Below are positions 1 to 10,000 of a DNA stretch of 64,000 nt, in pieces. The notes under the pieces were generated by a model. It made no database searches. It saw only the letters and a list, made by a program, of their open reading frames with translations, and was not told where the DNA came from. Made by a program: the position numbers and the translations under genes. How positions within the stretch are numbered: position 1 is the first letter of the stretch; the number at the start of each line of letters is the position of its first letter. The stretch comes from a virus. Its lineage: Duplodnaviria; Caudoviricetes. The stretch is taken from positions 102,913 through 166,912 of IMG/VR virus record IMGVR_UViG_3300032295_003840. The stretch is one strand, 5' to 3'.

Positions 1-3000
1 GGCATAGCTACGATCATTGTTGACCAAGGGTCTGCCCAACATGAATCCGCGACTCATGGTGCCATGGCAGTTTACACAGTACAATGTAGTGTTCTTCTGA
101 TATACAGCTACACCGCTGCCCTGATAGGCACCACTGGCATAATGATAAATTGATCTACCAGTTTCAAAGGCCTTGCGATAGGCCGCGCCGCGAGCAGACT
201 GTGGCAGACGCAGCTCTTCCTGCTTGGGCACAATGGTTCTACGAACATACTGATACAGCTGTTGAGCGACCAGACTACTGCCCTTGCCTTTGCCGTTTCT
301 TTGTCTGACGTAGATAATCTTCCAGGGCTCATTGACAAAGCGACTCTCATACAGTGTACGCCACTTGGCCCACTGGTTACGGTCTGCCAAGGGCACTGTG
401 AAGTTCAGATTGGGTACAGAGTCAAAGGTGAATCGCATGGCACCCTGTACGTAGTCTCCCACAAACTCATCGTCAAAATACACATAGTGTTTGGTGTTGG
501 GCAGCAAACCACGCGCCACCATCAATATGGTGTTGGCGCGGCAGAATGGATTGACTCGGGAAGAAACTTCCTGATTCAATACCAATGGGATACTTCGTAC
601 TTCTACCTGTATAGGACGTCGTTCTCCAGTGGCTCGTAGTCTGGCTACTGCAGCATTGACATCGGCCTGTGTAAAGTTCTGACTGTCTGCAGTCGCCACA
701 GTTTTGTCAATGGTTGTTGTTGATTCCCAGATGTCACTGTCTGGTGACAGAGTCAGTTTGCCCAGGAAGTTGGCGTCCAGGAACGGCGCCACACTGATCG
801 ATGTAGTGGCCATGGTCTGCTGCAGAATCACGCTGGTAGTATAATTCAGCGTAATGGCGTCGCCTGTGATTCTATAATTGTCCAGGGCACGCGCAGCAAT
901 CACTGGATCCTGTTCCAAGCCGCTGACCACGGCACCACTGAAGTTAATCTTTTCTACAAGATCAAAATCGCGCAGAGCCACAGCAGGATTCAGTGTCTTG
1001 GAAACAGTTTCATTGCTGAAATTTGAATCGCTTTCAAGTTCACAACCGCTGTTGTCTACAAAATTATCAACAAAGAAACCAGTCTTGTAGCGTTCCAGAG
1101 TAGGATCGGCATTGTCACGAATCTGCAGGTTCTTGGTATTGGTTTCCAGCAGACTCAGCGACCCAATTTCTTCCAGAGCAGTAATACGTTTGTCCATGCC
1201 ACCGATGTCGGCCATGGTGTAGCGACGATATTCTTTTCGGCTCTGTGTCACGAAAGGTGCTTCACTGCCACGTGTATAGGGTTCCAGCGTCAGCGAATAC
1301 ATGTGCAGACTGGTGCTGTCCTGAGCAATTTCTGGATCACGTGGCGATGTAGACGGTGCCGATGGAATGTTGTAGAAACGTGCTCGGCGATCCAGCATGA
1401 TGACTTCTTTGCGACCCAGATAGTAGCTTAGGTCAGTCTGGAAGTTGCTGTCAAACCGCGGAGGATTGTTGCCTATCAGCAGATTGCTATCGCCGTCAAT
1501 TCTGGCACGGAAGTCCAGGAAGTCATTGAGGCTAAGTCCGCGATAGTCTGGTGTCTGCTCATAGGGAACCTGCAGACGGTTATAACTTTGTGCTGAGAAG
1601 AAGTCTCCCAGACCATGTTCAAAATAGTCGTACCAGACCTTGATGCTGCCAATGGGCACGGCCTGGCCAGGAAGAATTCTTAATTTTCCTAGATCATACA
1701 TGTTGGGACGCTGACCGTCATCCAGGGTATACTTGGCAGTTACATCCAGCGCCGAGGCCTGCACTGCTTCGGTCCAGGTGGTTACAAAGCTAGTAGACAT
1801 CAGTATTTTGTTCACACGATAGATGTCTGAATTGCTCAGAGTCAGGACACTCAGAGTAGCTTCTGAACTACCCAGATAGGTGTCTGTGGCATCGAAGGTC
1901 AGAGTCTTGGATTTAACGCCGCCCAGCACCGATGCACTGACCGCAGTACGCAGCACAGGATAGATTACACGAACTCGATCGCTCTGGAAGGGCTGATCCA
2001 CAATCAGCTGATATTCAACGTCGCTGTTGCCAGGTACAACATCGATTACAGTAGCTGGTCGCTGCAGATTACCAACAGCGTCTTCGGCTACTATGAAGGA
2101 ACTGGGCTGCAGGCTGGCCAGCTGTTCTGTGTTCAGTGTACCGCTGGCACCTGCCAGGGTAATGGTTACGCCGGTCTGGCTAATAACACCATCGACCTGC
2201 TGAGTTTGATAGACATAGTAACTGTTGTCTGTCATGTTGTTCAGAGCATCGGCAACCTTGAACAGCAGACTATTGTTCTCGGTTTCATAGAAACCATTGG
2301 TAATTTTTAGCAAGGGGAACTGTGCAGTGGTGCCAGTAATGCTTTCATCCATGCTGATACCGAACGCTACACTGTTGCTGCTAATGTGTGTAATGAAGAT
2401 GCGTTTGTCGTTGATTTTAACCAGATCGTTTTCACGCAGTTCCTGGGTAAATTTAGCAGTGCTGTCACCAACAATGCGCAGTGCGGTGTGTACTGCGGCT
2501 GTGCCAGTACTGCCATTGTAGTCCAGCAACTGATACTGGCCTGACAGACGACGTGCATTGATGCCCAGAGCAAAACTGTCAAACACCTCGGTGGCAAAGC
2601 TGGCAGCCACACCAGTATACCAGGTACCATAGGGCGATGAAATGGTAACACTGGTGCTGGCATTGATCAATGACAGGCTGGTATAGGCAGTCAGGCTAGT
2701 AGTGGCAAACTCCACATTCATGCGATTTTCATTGATGGCTCGACGCTGTCTGGTGGCATAGCTTTGGTTGGCTGTACCCAGATAGATGACCTGGTTGTCC
2801 AGAGTCTCGGTCTGGAATCTGGTGGACGTGCCAGTGCCAATGCCAAACACCGTACCCTGATTTACACGCACATAGGCGCTGGTCGATGCATCGGCCGGTG
2901 TGCCGCCTGCCTGTGGTACAGGATTGGCGCCAGTGCCACGCAACAGAACCACTATACCCGAACCTGCACTAATTACTGGTATATTACCGCCTACCAATGT

Positions 3001-5577
3001 AAGACCCTGACCATCAACACCCCAGGCTACCACCATGTAGGAACTTAGATTGCCTGCTTCGGCATAGCCACCATTGGCTGATTGATATCTAAATGGTTGA
3101 ATACGCAGGTTTTGGAACTGAGAAGCGTCACGGTAATTATATCCGCCCTCGGGTGGATGTGGATCGGTTTCTCTGAAATACGGAGCACCACCAAAAGTAC
3201 CTGCCAGGTTGGTGTTGCCAGCTGCGCTCCAGGGAATACCTGTGAGTGCATCGCAGAAGGCAACAACGCTGCCAATGCTGAGCTGCGAGCTAAAACCACC
3301 CCAGCCAGCGGCCCCAGTTGGAGCAGTAACATTGAAATAAACCGAGTTATTGCTGACAGTACCTGCGCCAATGGTAAGACCACTCAGAGCTCGGTTGGTC
3401 AGCAAACCTGTTGTGTTCAGTGAGCGCAGTACACCTGTGGTGCTGCCCACATAGGTACTCCAACCTGTGGAAACATAGCGATTGAACACTGGGCCACCAA
3501 TTACAGTCAGTGCAGTATTGCTGAGGATGCGTGAAACTGTCCAGCTACTTGTTACAGCGTTGCTGCTGCTGGCAATGGTAATGGTTTCGCCAACCAGTAA
3601 CTCTCTGGTGAACGCTGTGTTTACACCGCGTACTGTGAGATTAGAGCTGGCATAGGTACGCGAAGTTGCGCCTGTGCTGGCCTGATAATATGCACCAATG
3701 CCTGAATAAAAATTTCCATAGCCAACATAGGCCAGACCAGTTGTGCTGCTGTTGCCAAAACTTTGCCATAGTGCGTTGCGATTGCCACCCTGACCAAAGT
3801 ACAGAGTTGTACCAGGATTGCCAAAGCCATTGAGCAGATTTTCGGGGTCAAGACTTGGACTTAGATTGGGAATGAACTGTACAGCACCGCTGAGCTGAAC
3901 ATAGCTGCTGCCACCGCTGTCAGGACCAACATAGCGCATACCGCCAGTATGTTCGTAGCTTTTGGTTAGCACCGAACCTGCAGGATCAGGCACCAGAACC
4001 AGGTTGACGTCACGCTCGAAACTCTTGTTGCTGTTCATTACAATGTCGCTGAAACCAATCTTCAATGCACCCTGCGTGCCACCATCGATGTAGATGATGC
4101 GTCCAGTACCCACCTTGTTGCCGTAGCCAATGGGTATAGTAGTGTCGCCAATGATGCGATCATAGAATTCTACAATGGGACCGGCGCTGACATTGGGCAG
4201 ACCCAGAGTCTGTTGTGGGTCAAAGTAGGCATAGTTGCCAATGTTGGTGGCAATGGCCCGATTATTTTCAGCGCGTGTGTCGCGTGATTTGTCGATACGC
4301 AACGCTGTGCTGTTGAGTTTATCAATCTTGAAACCCTGAATATAGGCACGTCCTGCACCAAAGGTCAGCACCAGCTGACTGCTGTTGCCCAGCGTGGTTA
4401 CACTGGTGCCGACGTCGTAGTAGCCCTGGTTGCCCGCGGGGCGAGCAATGTAACGCCAGCGCACCGAACCATCGCTTAAACTCTGAGTTTCATTGTAGGT
4501 GGCAAACTCTGTGGGTTCGGTACCGTTGCCCGAGATGCCGGACTGAATGCAGACAAAATAACGTGTGGTGGATGCGTTAACGCGAACATAATCACCTACC
4601 TGATACTCAGTGTTGGCCAGCCAGGTGCCGCGATTGTTGCTGCGGCTTTCACGTATGTCAAAGTCAAAGTTACGAACTACATAGTTACCGCTTTCATCGA
4701 AGGTTCGTTCGGCCAGAGCTTCTTCCAGAATATTGTATTGCGATCCATTGATGAGCTGCTGCACTTCGCCGCTTTCGATGCGAATAAGTTCAAAGAAGTT
4801 TTCAGCGGCTTCTTCTAATCCAAGCTTGATAAAATCTGTGCTAATTTTATAGCGATCTGCACCCGGTGCAGCAACGTTGCTGGTACCTGCAGCATTATCC
4901 AGCAGACTAATATCTTCCTGATAGGTGGCAATTGATTCGGTATACTGAATACCAATTCGGCAATTGATGTTGGCTATGGCACTGACGTATTTTTCTACAA
5001 CCACCACAGTCTTGGGCACTGTGACAAAATAGCCGCCCAGATAGTACACACCGGCCTGCTGTGCTGCTATGGCGCTGCGTCCAGTGACATTATCGCCGCC
5101 CTGCACTGTCATGGTATAGTTGTTGTTGCCCTTGACATACAGTGTAGCATTGGCAGCAAATGTTTTTTCGTTGTTGCCAAAGTCGTCCTGATTGCCGCGT
5201 GTGTAGAGAATAACCAGTGTAATGGGATCGCCCGTGGCCGTGGCAGCGACGGCCTTGAGCACCGTGGCTTCGACTCCGCTGTCGCCAGTACTGTTGGTAA
5301 TGACCTGATCTTCCAACCAGGTCAGATCCTCACCCAGCAGGTTGGTGCTGGCCAGCTTGACAAAACTTACTTTGTCATTGTAGTTGACCTGACCAGGGAT
5401 GACCATGCTGCCATCTTTGAATACGTGATTACCAAATTTGGTGACCTGATTCTGCAGTATGGTCTGCAGCTGGTTAAGCTCACGAGTCTGAACAGCTACA
5501 CCGGGCTTGAACAGCACCTTGTAGTACTGTTTGTCCTCGTCAAAGTCGTCAAAATACGGTGCCTGATTGAAATTCAT
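1..5577 (-). CDS. Large virion structural protein, DUF4815/VrlC-like; partial (>1859 aa, runs off the left edge)
   Basis: Not in the ORF track, consistent with no stop inside the window. ATG at 5577 reads MNFNQAPYFDDFDEDKQYYKVLFKPGVAVQTRELNQLQTILQNQVTKFGNHVFKDGSMVIPG, the typical DUF4815 N-terminus. The frame is still open at position 1 (...PLVNNDRSYA). Follows gp8, as in T4-like aquatic phages. Confidence 0.9.
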   Translation of the reverse strand, partial: MNFNQAPYFDDFDEDKQYYKVLFKPGVAVQTRELNQLQTILQNQVTKFGNHVFKDGSMVIPGQVNYNDKVSFVKLASTNLLGEDLTWLEDQVITNSTGDSGVEATVLKAVAATATGDPITLVILYTRGNQDDFGNNEKTFAANATLYVKGNNNYTMTVQGGDNVTGRSAIAAQQAGVYYLGGYFVTVPKTVVVVEKYVSAIANINCRIGIQYTESIATYQEDISLLDNAAGTSNVAAPGADRYKISTDFIKLGLEEAAENFFELIRIESGEVQQLINGSQYNILEEALAERTFDESGNYVVRNFDFDIRESRSNNRGTWLANTEYQVGDYVRVNASTTRYFVCIQSGISGNGTEPTEFATYNETQSLSDGSVRWRYIARPAGNQGYYDVGTSVTTLGNSSQLVLTFGAGRAYIQGFKIDKLNSTALRIDKSRDTRAENNRAIATNIGNYAYFDPQQTLGLPNVSAGPIVEFYDRIIGDTTIPIGYGNKVGTGRIIYIDGGTQGALKIGFSDIVMNSNKSFERDVNLVLVPDPAGSVLTKSYEHTGGMRYVGPDSGGSSYVQLSGAVQFIPNLSPSLDPENLLNGFGNPGTTLYFGQGGNRNALWQSFGNSSTTGLAYVGYGNFYSGIGAYYQASTGATSRTYASSNLTVRGVNTAFTRELLVGETITIASSSNAVTSSWTVSRILSNTALTVIGGPVFNRYVSTGWSTYVGSTTGVLRSLNTTGLLTNRALSGLTIGAGTVSNNSVYFNVTAPTGAAGWGGFSSQLSIGSVVAFCDALTGIPWSAAGNTNLAGTFGGAPYFRETDPHPPEGGYNYRDASQFQNLRIQPFRYQSANGGYAEAGNLSSYMVVAWGVDGQGLTLVGGNIPVISAGSGIVVLLRGTGANPVPQAGGTPADASTSAYVRVNQGTVFGIGTGTSTRFQTETLDNQVIYLGTANQSYATRQRRAINENRMNVEFATTSLTAYTSLSLINASTSVTISSPYGTWYTGVAASFATEVFDSFALGINARRLSGQYQLLDYNGSTGTAAVHTALRIVGDSTAKFTQELRENDLVKINDKRIFITHISSNSVAFGISMDESITGTTAQFPLLKITNGFYETENNSLLFKVADALNNMTDNSYYVYQTQQVDGVISQTGVTITLAGASGTLNTEQLASLQPSSFIVAEDAVGNLQRPATVIDVVPGNSDVEYQLIVDQPFQSDRVRVIYPVLRTAVSASVLGGVKSKTLTFDATDTYLGSSEATLSVLTLSNSDIYRVNKILMSTSFVTTWTEAVQASALDVTAKYTLDDGQRPNMYDLGKLRILPGQAVPIGSIKVWYDYFEHGLGDFFSAQSYNRLQVPYEQTPDYRGLSLNDFLDFRARIDGDSNLLIGNNPPRFDSNFQTDLSYYLGRKEVIMLDRRARFYNIPSAPSTSPRDPEIAQDSTSLHMYSLTLEPYTRGSEAPFVTQSRKEYRRYTMADIGGMDKRITALEEIGSLSLLETNTKNLQIRDNADPTLERYKTGFFVDNFVDNSGCELESDSNFSNETVSKTLNPAVALRDFDLVEKINFSGAVVSGLEQDPVIAARALDNYRITGDAITLNYTTSVILQQTMATTSISVAPFLDANFLGKLTLSPDSDIWESTTTIDKTVATADSQNFTQADVNAAVARLRATGERRPIQVEVRSIPLVLNQEVSSRVNPFCRANTILMVARGLLPNTKHYVYFDDEFVGDYVQGAMRFTFDSVPNLNFTVPLADRNQWAKWRTLYESRFVNEPWKIIYVRQRNGKGKGSSLVAQQLYQYVRRTIVPKQEELRLPQSARGAAYRKAFETGRSIYHYASGAYQGSGVAVYQKNTTLYCVNCHGTMSRGFMLGRPLVNNDRSYA

Positions 5578-5593
5578 TTTTTACCTTTGAGTC

Positions 5594-7027
5594 TTAGAAA
5601 TTAACTACAATATTTATTTTCTCGTTTTGATTCAAATTGCGTGTAACCGGAGCACGATAATCCAGATACAATAATTCACCGCTGTAGTGCTGCAGCTCAG
5701 GTGCAACACTGGTAATGCTGCTGACTGCTTCGCTGTAGCCTGTGCCAGCAATGACGTCACCAGCAGCGATTTGTTTTAGACGCAGAGTATTTGATGTATC
5801 AATGCGACTCAGTTCTGTTGCAGAAACAACGCTGGTATCGCTGGCCACGGGCTGAATAAACTGCAGTCTGGTGGTGCTGGCGCTTTGGAATACTGCCAGC
5901 ACTGACGCACCCGCGGTGTTGCTTAGCAAGATGTCGTTGGTGGGCGCTGTAGTAGCAGTGCTGGTCATGACCAGGGTTCGTGCAACACGCACAGTATCTG
6001 CCACGGCAACTGTGGTGGTGGTATAGGCGGCTGACAATGTCTGATACACCAGAGGATTTTTAATCAGAGCCACGGTGCGGAAATCCTGATTTACTGGAAC
6101 GTCTTCGCCCTGATAGGCCTGTACACTGCCAACAATCATGACATTGTGCGCATTGCATTCTGAAACTAGGTTGCTGGCATGGCCACCGGTGGGTGCAATA
6201 ATGGCTACGGCACTGGCCTGAGACACCACTGACGCTGCGCTGAATTGAATCTTGGCCCAGGTATAACCCGATCCTGGATCCAGTATGGTGACACCTGCAA
6301 TGGCACCAGCACTGGTCACTGCCACAGCCTGGGCACCAGACCCATCGCCATAGATGACCACGGTTGGATTGCTGCTGTAGCTACCACCCCCGGTGACCAG
6401 TATGACATCCAGACCCAGTCGATTGCTGACCGAACTAACAGTGCTGGGCACTGGTATGTAGTTGGCTGTAACAAAGTCTGCGTCGCCTGCAGTAATGGTG
6501 TACATGTATTTCCAGATATAGCCATCGGCCGTGGTCTGGGGTGCAAAGCTGGTCGACGTTGGCGCAACGGTGCTGAGAACGCCTGTGGTAAAGGTGGCAT
6601 TGGCACCATTGTACAGACACTTGTAGACCGAACTGTTGCTGGTAACATAGACAATCATGTTGCTTTCGCTTAGATTGAATTTACCCGTGGCAGTTGATTG
6701 GGCTGTGCTGATGTCATGCCGATACATGTCATAGCGCGTGCCACTGATCCAGTTGTTTCTGGCTGTGCAGAGTCGAACATCGCCGGCGGTTACCCGCACT
6801 GCTGCCATGGCATCGCGCCATAGATTGTGTTCATTGATGTAGTTGTCTGTGGGCGTCGGAGGCTGCACATCGCTGGTGACTTGTCCGCTCTGAGCTGTGA
6901 AGTTTGCGCTCAGTGTATTATTCCAGCTCTGCGGGCGTGCCAGCATCATGTAGATGCTGTCTATGGCAAATCTGGTGGCGAAACCGCTGGCAGCGGCTAC
7001 GCGAAATTTGCTGGTTACTATGGCCAT
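5594..7027 (-). CDS. gp8: Baseplate wedge subunit gp8-like
   Basis: Motifs RNNWISGTRYDMYRHD, VYKCLYNG, DGYIWKYMYTI and C-terminal GELLYLDYRAPVTR...EKINIVVNF; synteny gp6-gp7-gp8. Confidence 0.9.
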   Translation of the reverse strand: MAIVTSKFRVAAASGFATRFAIDSIYMMLARPQSWNNTLSANFTAQSGQVTSDVQPPTPTDNYINEHNLWRDAMAAVRVTAGDVRLCTARNNWISGTRYDMYRHDISTAQSTATGKFNLSESNMIVYVTSNSSVYKCLYNGANATFTTGVLSTVAPTSTSFAPQTTADGYIWKYMYTITAGDADFVTANYIPVPSTVSSVSNRLGLDVILVTGGGSYSSNPTVVIYGDGSGAQAVAVTSAGAIAGVTILDPGSGYTWAKIQFSAASVVSQASAVAIIAPTGGHASNLVSECNAHNVMIVGSVQAYQGEDVPVNQDFRTVALIKNPLVYQTLSAAYTTTTVAVADTVRVARTLVMTSTATTAPTNDILLSNTAGASVLAVFQSASTTRLQFIQPVASDTSVVSATELSRIDTSNTLRLKQIAAGDVIAGTGYSEAVSSITSVAPELQHYSGELLYLDYRAPVTRNLNQNEKINIVVNF

Positions 7028-7052
7028 GTTGAATCCTTGAATTGTACTAGTT

Positions 7053-7059
7053 TATTTAT
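7053..7059 (-). promoter_or_regulatory. T4-type late promoter motif (ATAAATA) upstream of gp8
   Basis: The same motif lies just upstream of the DUF4815 gene (5611-5617), gp25 (15242-15248), gp4 (+, 21539-21545), gp2 (+, 22016-22022), plcP (32984-32990), tmRNA (33338-33344), FmdB (42286-42292) and the ORF starting at 43612 (43618-43625). Confidence 0.7.
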
Positions 7060-7063
7060 CGGT

Positions 7064-10000
7064 TTAACTGGTGCCTATGACACTGATATTTAAAAAGTCT
7101 GATGCCAGACTCTGCCAACTACCAGTCAGTCCTGTGCCTATGTCAATGCTGATGCTGGTGGACTGACTGCTGCTGATCAGCAGGGTAAATCTGCTGAAGG
7201 TTCCAGACCGTTTGACGTTGTAGGGAACCCAGATCCAGCTGGCAGTGCTGGTGACATCACCATGTGATACTGTGTTGCTGCTGATGCTGTTGCTGCTGTT
7301 CAGATATACTGATCCACGATATAGCTGGGTTCGGCCCTGTGCAATGTCCTTGTGATTTCTTTGTACTTCATCGTCGAATCCAACTACAAAGGTTCCTGTC
7401 GACGAAACTGCAATGGTCAGCTGGTTCAGAACTTCGTCGGCGCTGTCGGCCAGATCCTTGGTCCAGGTTACCAGCAGCAGTACACTGCTGCCCGCTGCGA
7501 CGCTGATGCTGGTGCTGAGCAGCGTGGTGCTGGTGCCCAGCGTCAGATTCGATGTAGTGTGATACAGTTCTCTGATCTGAGTATAATCTACATTGGCATC
7601 CTGTACTATCAGGCTTTCATCGTTGCTGATGGTGGCACCGGCCTTGTCAAAGCTGGCTCCACCAGGACGTCCCAGTGCTCGTGGTGGCTCGAATCCTCGA
7701 ATTCTGCGGAAACTTGTTGCTGTGGAACTCAGCAGAGCTGCTCGTATGGCCAGGCTGCTGACTATCAGGGTATTGTTATCAACAATGCTGATTACACGCA
7801 GCAGTTGCCCGCTGACATCCAGATAGCCAGTGCGTCGATCACTGAAATCAAATTCTGTGACTTCTTCGAAGACCTTTGTGGCTTCGCTAACCGTAACCGA
7901 GGTTGCAATGAACTGCGTGCCAGTTCCTACTATGGTGAGCTGACTGCAGTTGGCTGGGAATATACAGGCCATGGGAACATTGAAGAAATTGCCAGTAATT
8001 GCCGAACCAGTCACCAGTATAGATGAATCACTGAAAATACGCAGCACAGTAAAACTGCTGGTCTCTACAATCTCGTTATTTTCATCCAATGTATCCAATA
8101 CAACGGTAAGATCGTCTAGTCGAGTGCCATAGCCATTGCCCTGATCGTCTGTGCCTGGCAACCCATCGGTGGCCCAGCGTGTATTCAATGATGTGTTGAC
8201 AATGTTGTCGTCTGCACCATAGATCAGATAACCAGTCTGGCCGTCAATGGTAGTAGTGCGCGGTGTGGCAAATGTGGCTGTCTTGCCAGTAATGTTGGCA
8301 TAGATGCCGCCTCCGCTGACCTGAACGTCGTTGTCGTTGTTTACAGACACAATGGTGAATCTGCGATCTGCCTGCAGACCAGCTACAGTGGTGGATATTG
8401 TAATTGGTGCATTGAATCGGCTAGCACCAACAACGTTGCGCAACACCAGGCTGGTGTCACTCGGCACAGATTCAATGGCAAGTGCGCGTCGAGATACTCC
8501 AGAGCCAGCTCCGCCGCCCCAGACACGATTGCTGGTGCTGCTCCAGGCCGCAGTGACAGTCAGGGTAGTCTGATTAATCACACTATTAACGGTTCTTGTC
8601 TCGACAAAATTTAATTGAACATTGCTCAATGATACATCATACAGACCATAGCTGGTGGTGCCACCAGTGCTATAGCTGTTGATGCTGGCCTGATAGGGCA
8701 CCGATGTAACCGTACCCACGGGTCTGAGAACCAAATACTGATCTCCAAATATTGTTCGACGTCGTGGATCTTCGTCCACGTAGTAGTCTTCCAGCACCGT
8801 GGCTCCGGCCTGAGTACTGCGCACTGGCACTCGCACAACACTGCCGCTGGACAAAACGTTGCGATTATTGGACCGGGTTTCCGTGGGTATTGCTACAACG
8901 TTTATAAAGTTAATCAGATACTCACTGAGTCGCTGAGCTGCATTGCTGGTCTGAGTAGTAAAACTTTTTTGCCAGATCAACCAGGTCACCGATGTATTTT
9001 CTGTAGTTGTTATGTTTGCCGTGATTTCAAATGCATTGCCATAGTTACTGGTCATGCCATGCGGAAACGTTGCATTGGTTGGGGTCACCAATGCGCCCCA
9101 GCGAGTCCAGCCCAGTGCACTGGGAGTCTGACCTGCAGTAGGTGGCTGAGGATTGGGATTGGTGCTGTACCAGGCTTCCAAGTCCTGGCCAGTAAACACT
9201 GGTGCCAGCTCATTGTTGTAGTAACTGCTTGTGCCAACACCGCTGGATCCAGCGAATCCGCTTACATTCAGCCTATGTGTTCTGCCATACACTGGCACGG
9301 TCTGTAAAAATCTGCTGTGCACCGTGGCACTGCTGCCATAGCTGAACAGAATGCCAAATGCGGTTGTTCGATTATCATAATTGCCGAACCAACCGCTGCT
9401 AATAGTACCATAACGAGTACTGGTTTTTCTTATGTCCAGTGTTGGATTGGGGTTGCGATTCAAACTGGTAGCATTGTAACCATCCTGAGGATAGCGAGCA
9501 ATCACGCCAGTGCTGGTGCCAATAAGGTTGGTATCAAAGACAACATAGCTAAGAAAGAATGTATTATCAATAACAAGTCTGGCGTTATTGCCAATGTTGT
9601 AGTAAAACGCTCTTGCTGTGTATGATGTGGTCGGATTGAAAATATCTCCTTGGATGGCGTTCCAGGAACGCAGCAGTAGTCTGGAGTTACTGGTACCAGG
9701 TATGCTGGTGGTTATCGCCACACTGCTTGGAATTCTAGAAAAATTTACACGCAGGGTAGATGAGTCGTTGAACGCAATCCGCCCATCGGAAAAAATCAGT
9801 GTAGCCAGACCCGTGCGGGTTGATATACCGCTAACATCCGGAGGATAGAATTCAGACCATTCCAGGCTAGTAGCCCAAACTGGGTTGCTGGTATTGTAGG
9901 TACCAGTAGCATAGTTATATCTGGCATACGCCGCGCCTGGATTGCCATTGTCTGTGGATACATCACCACCTCTGAATATAACAGGACTGGCACTGTTTTC

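Noticed and set aside
108-4361. Short ORFs listed in the first 5.5 kb
   Set aside because: They are shadows of one long minus-strand gene (5577 to beyond position 1) that the track omitted.
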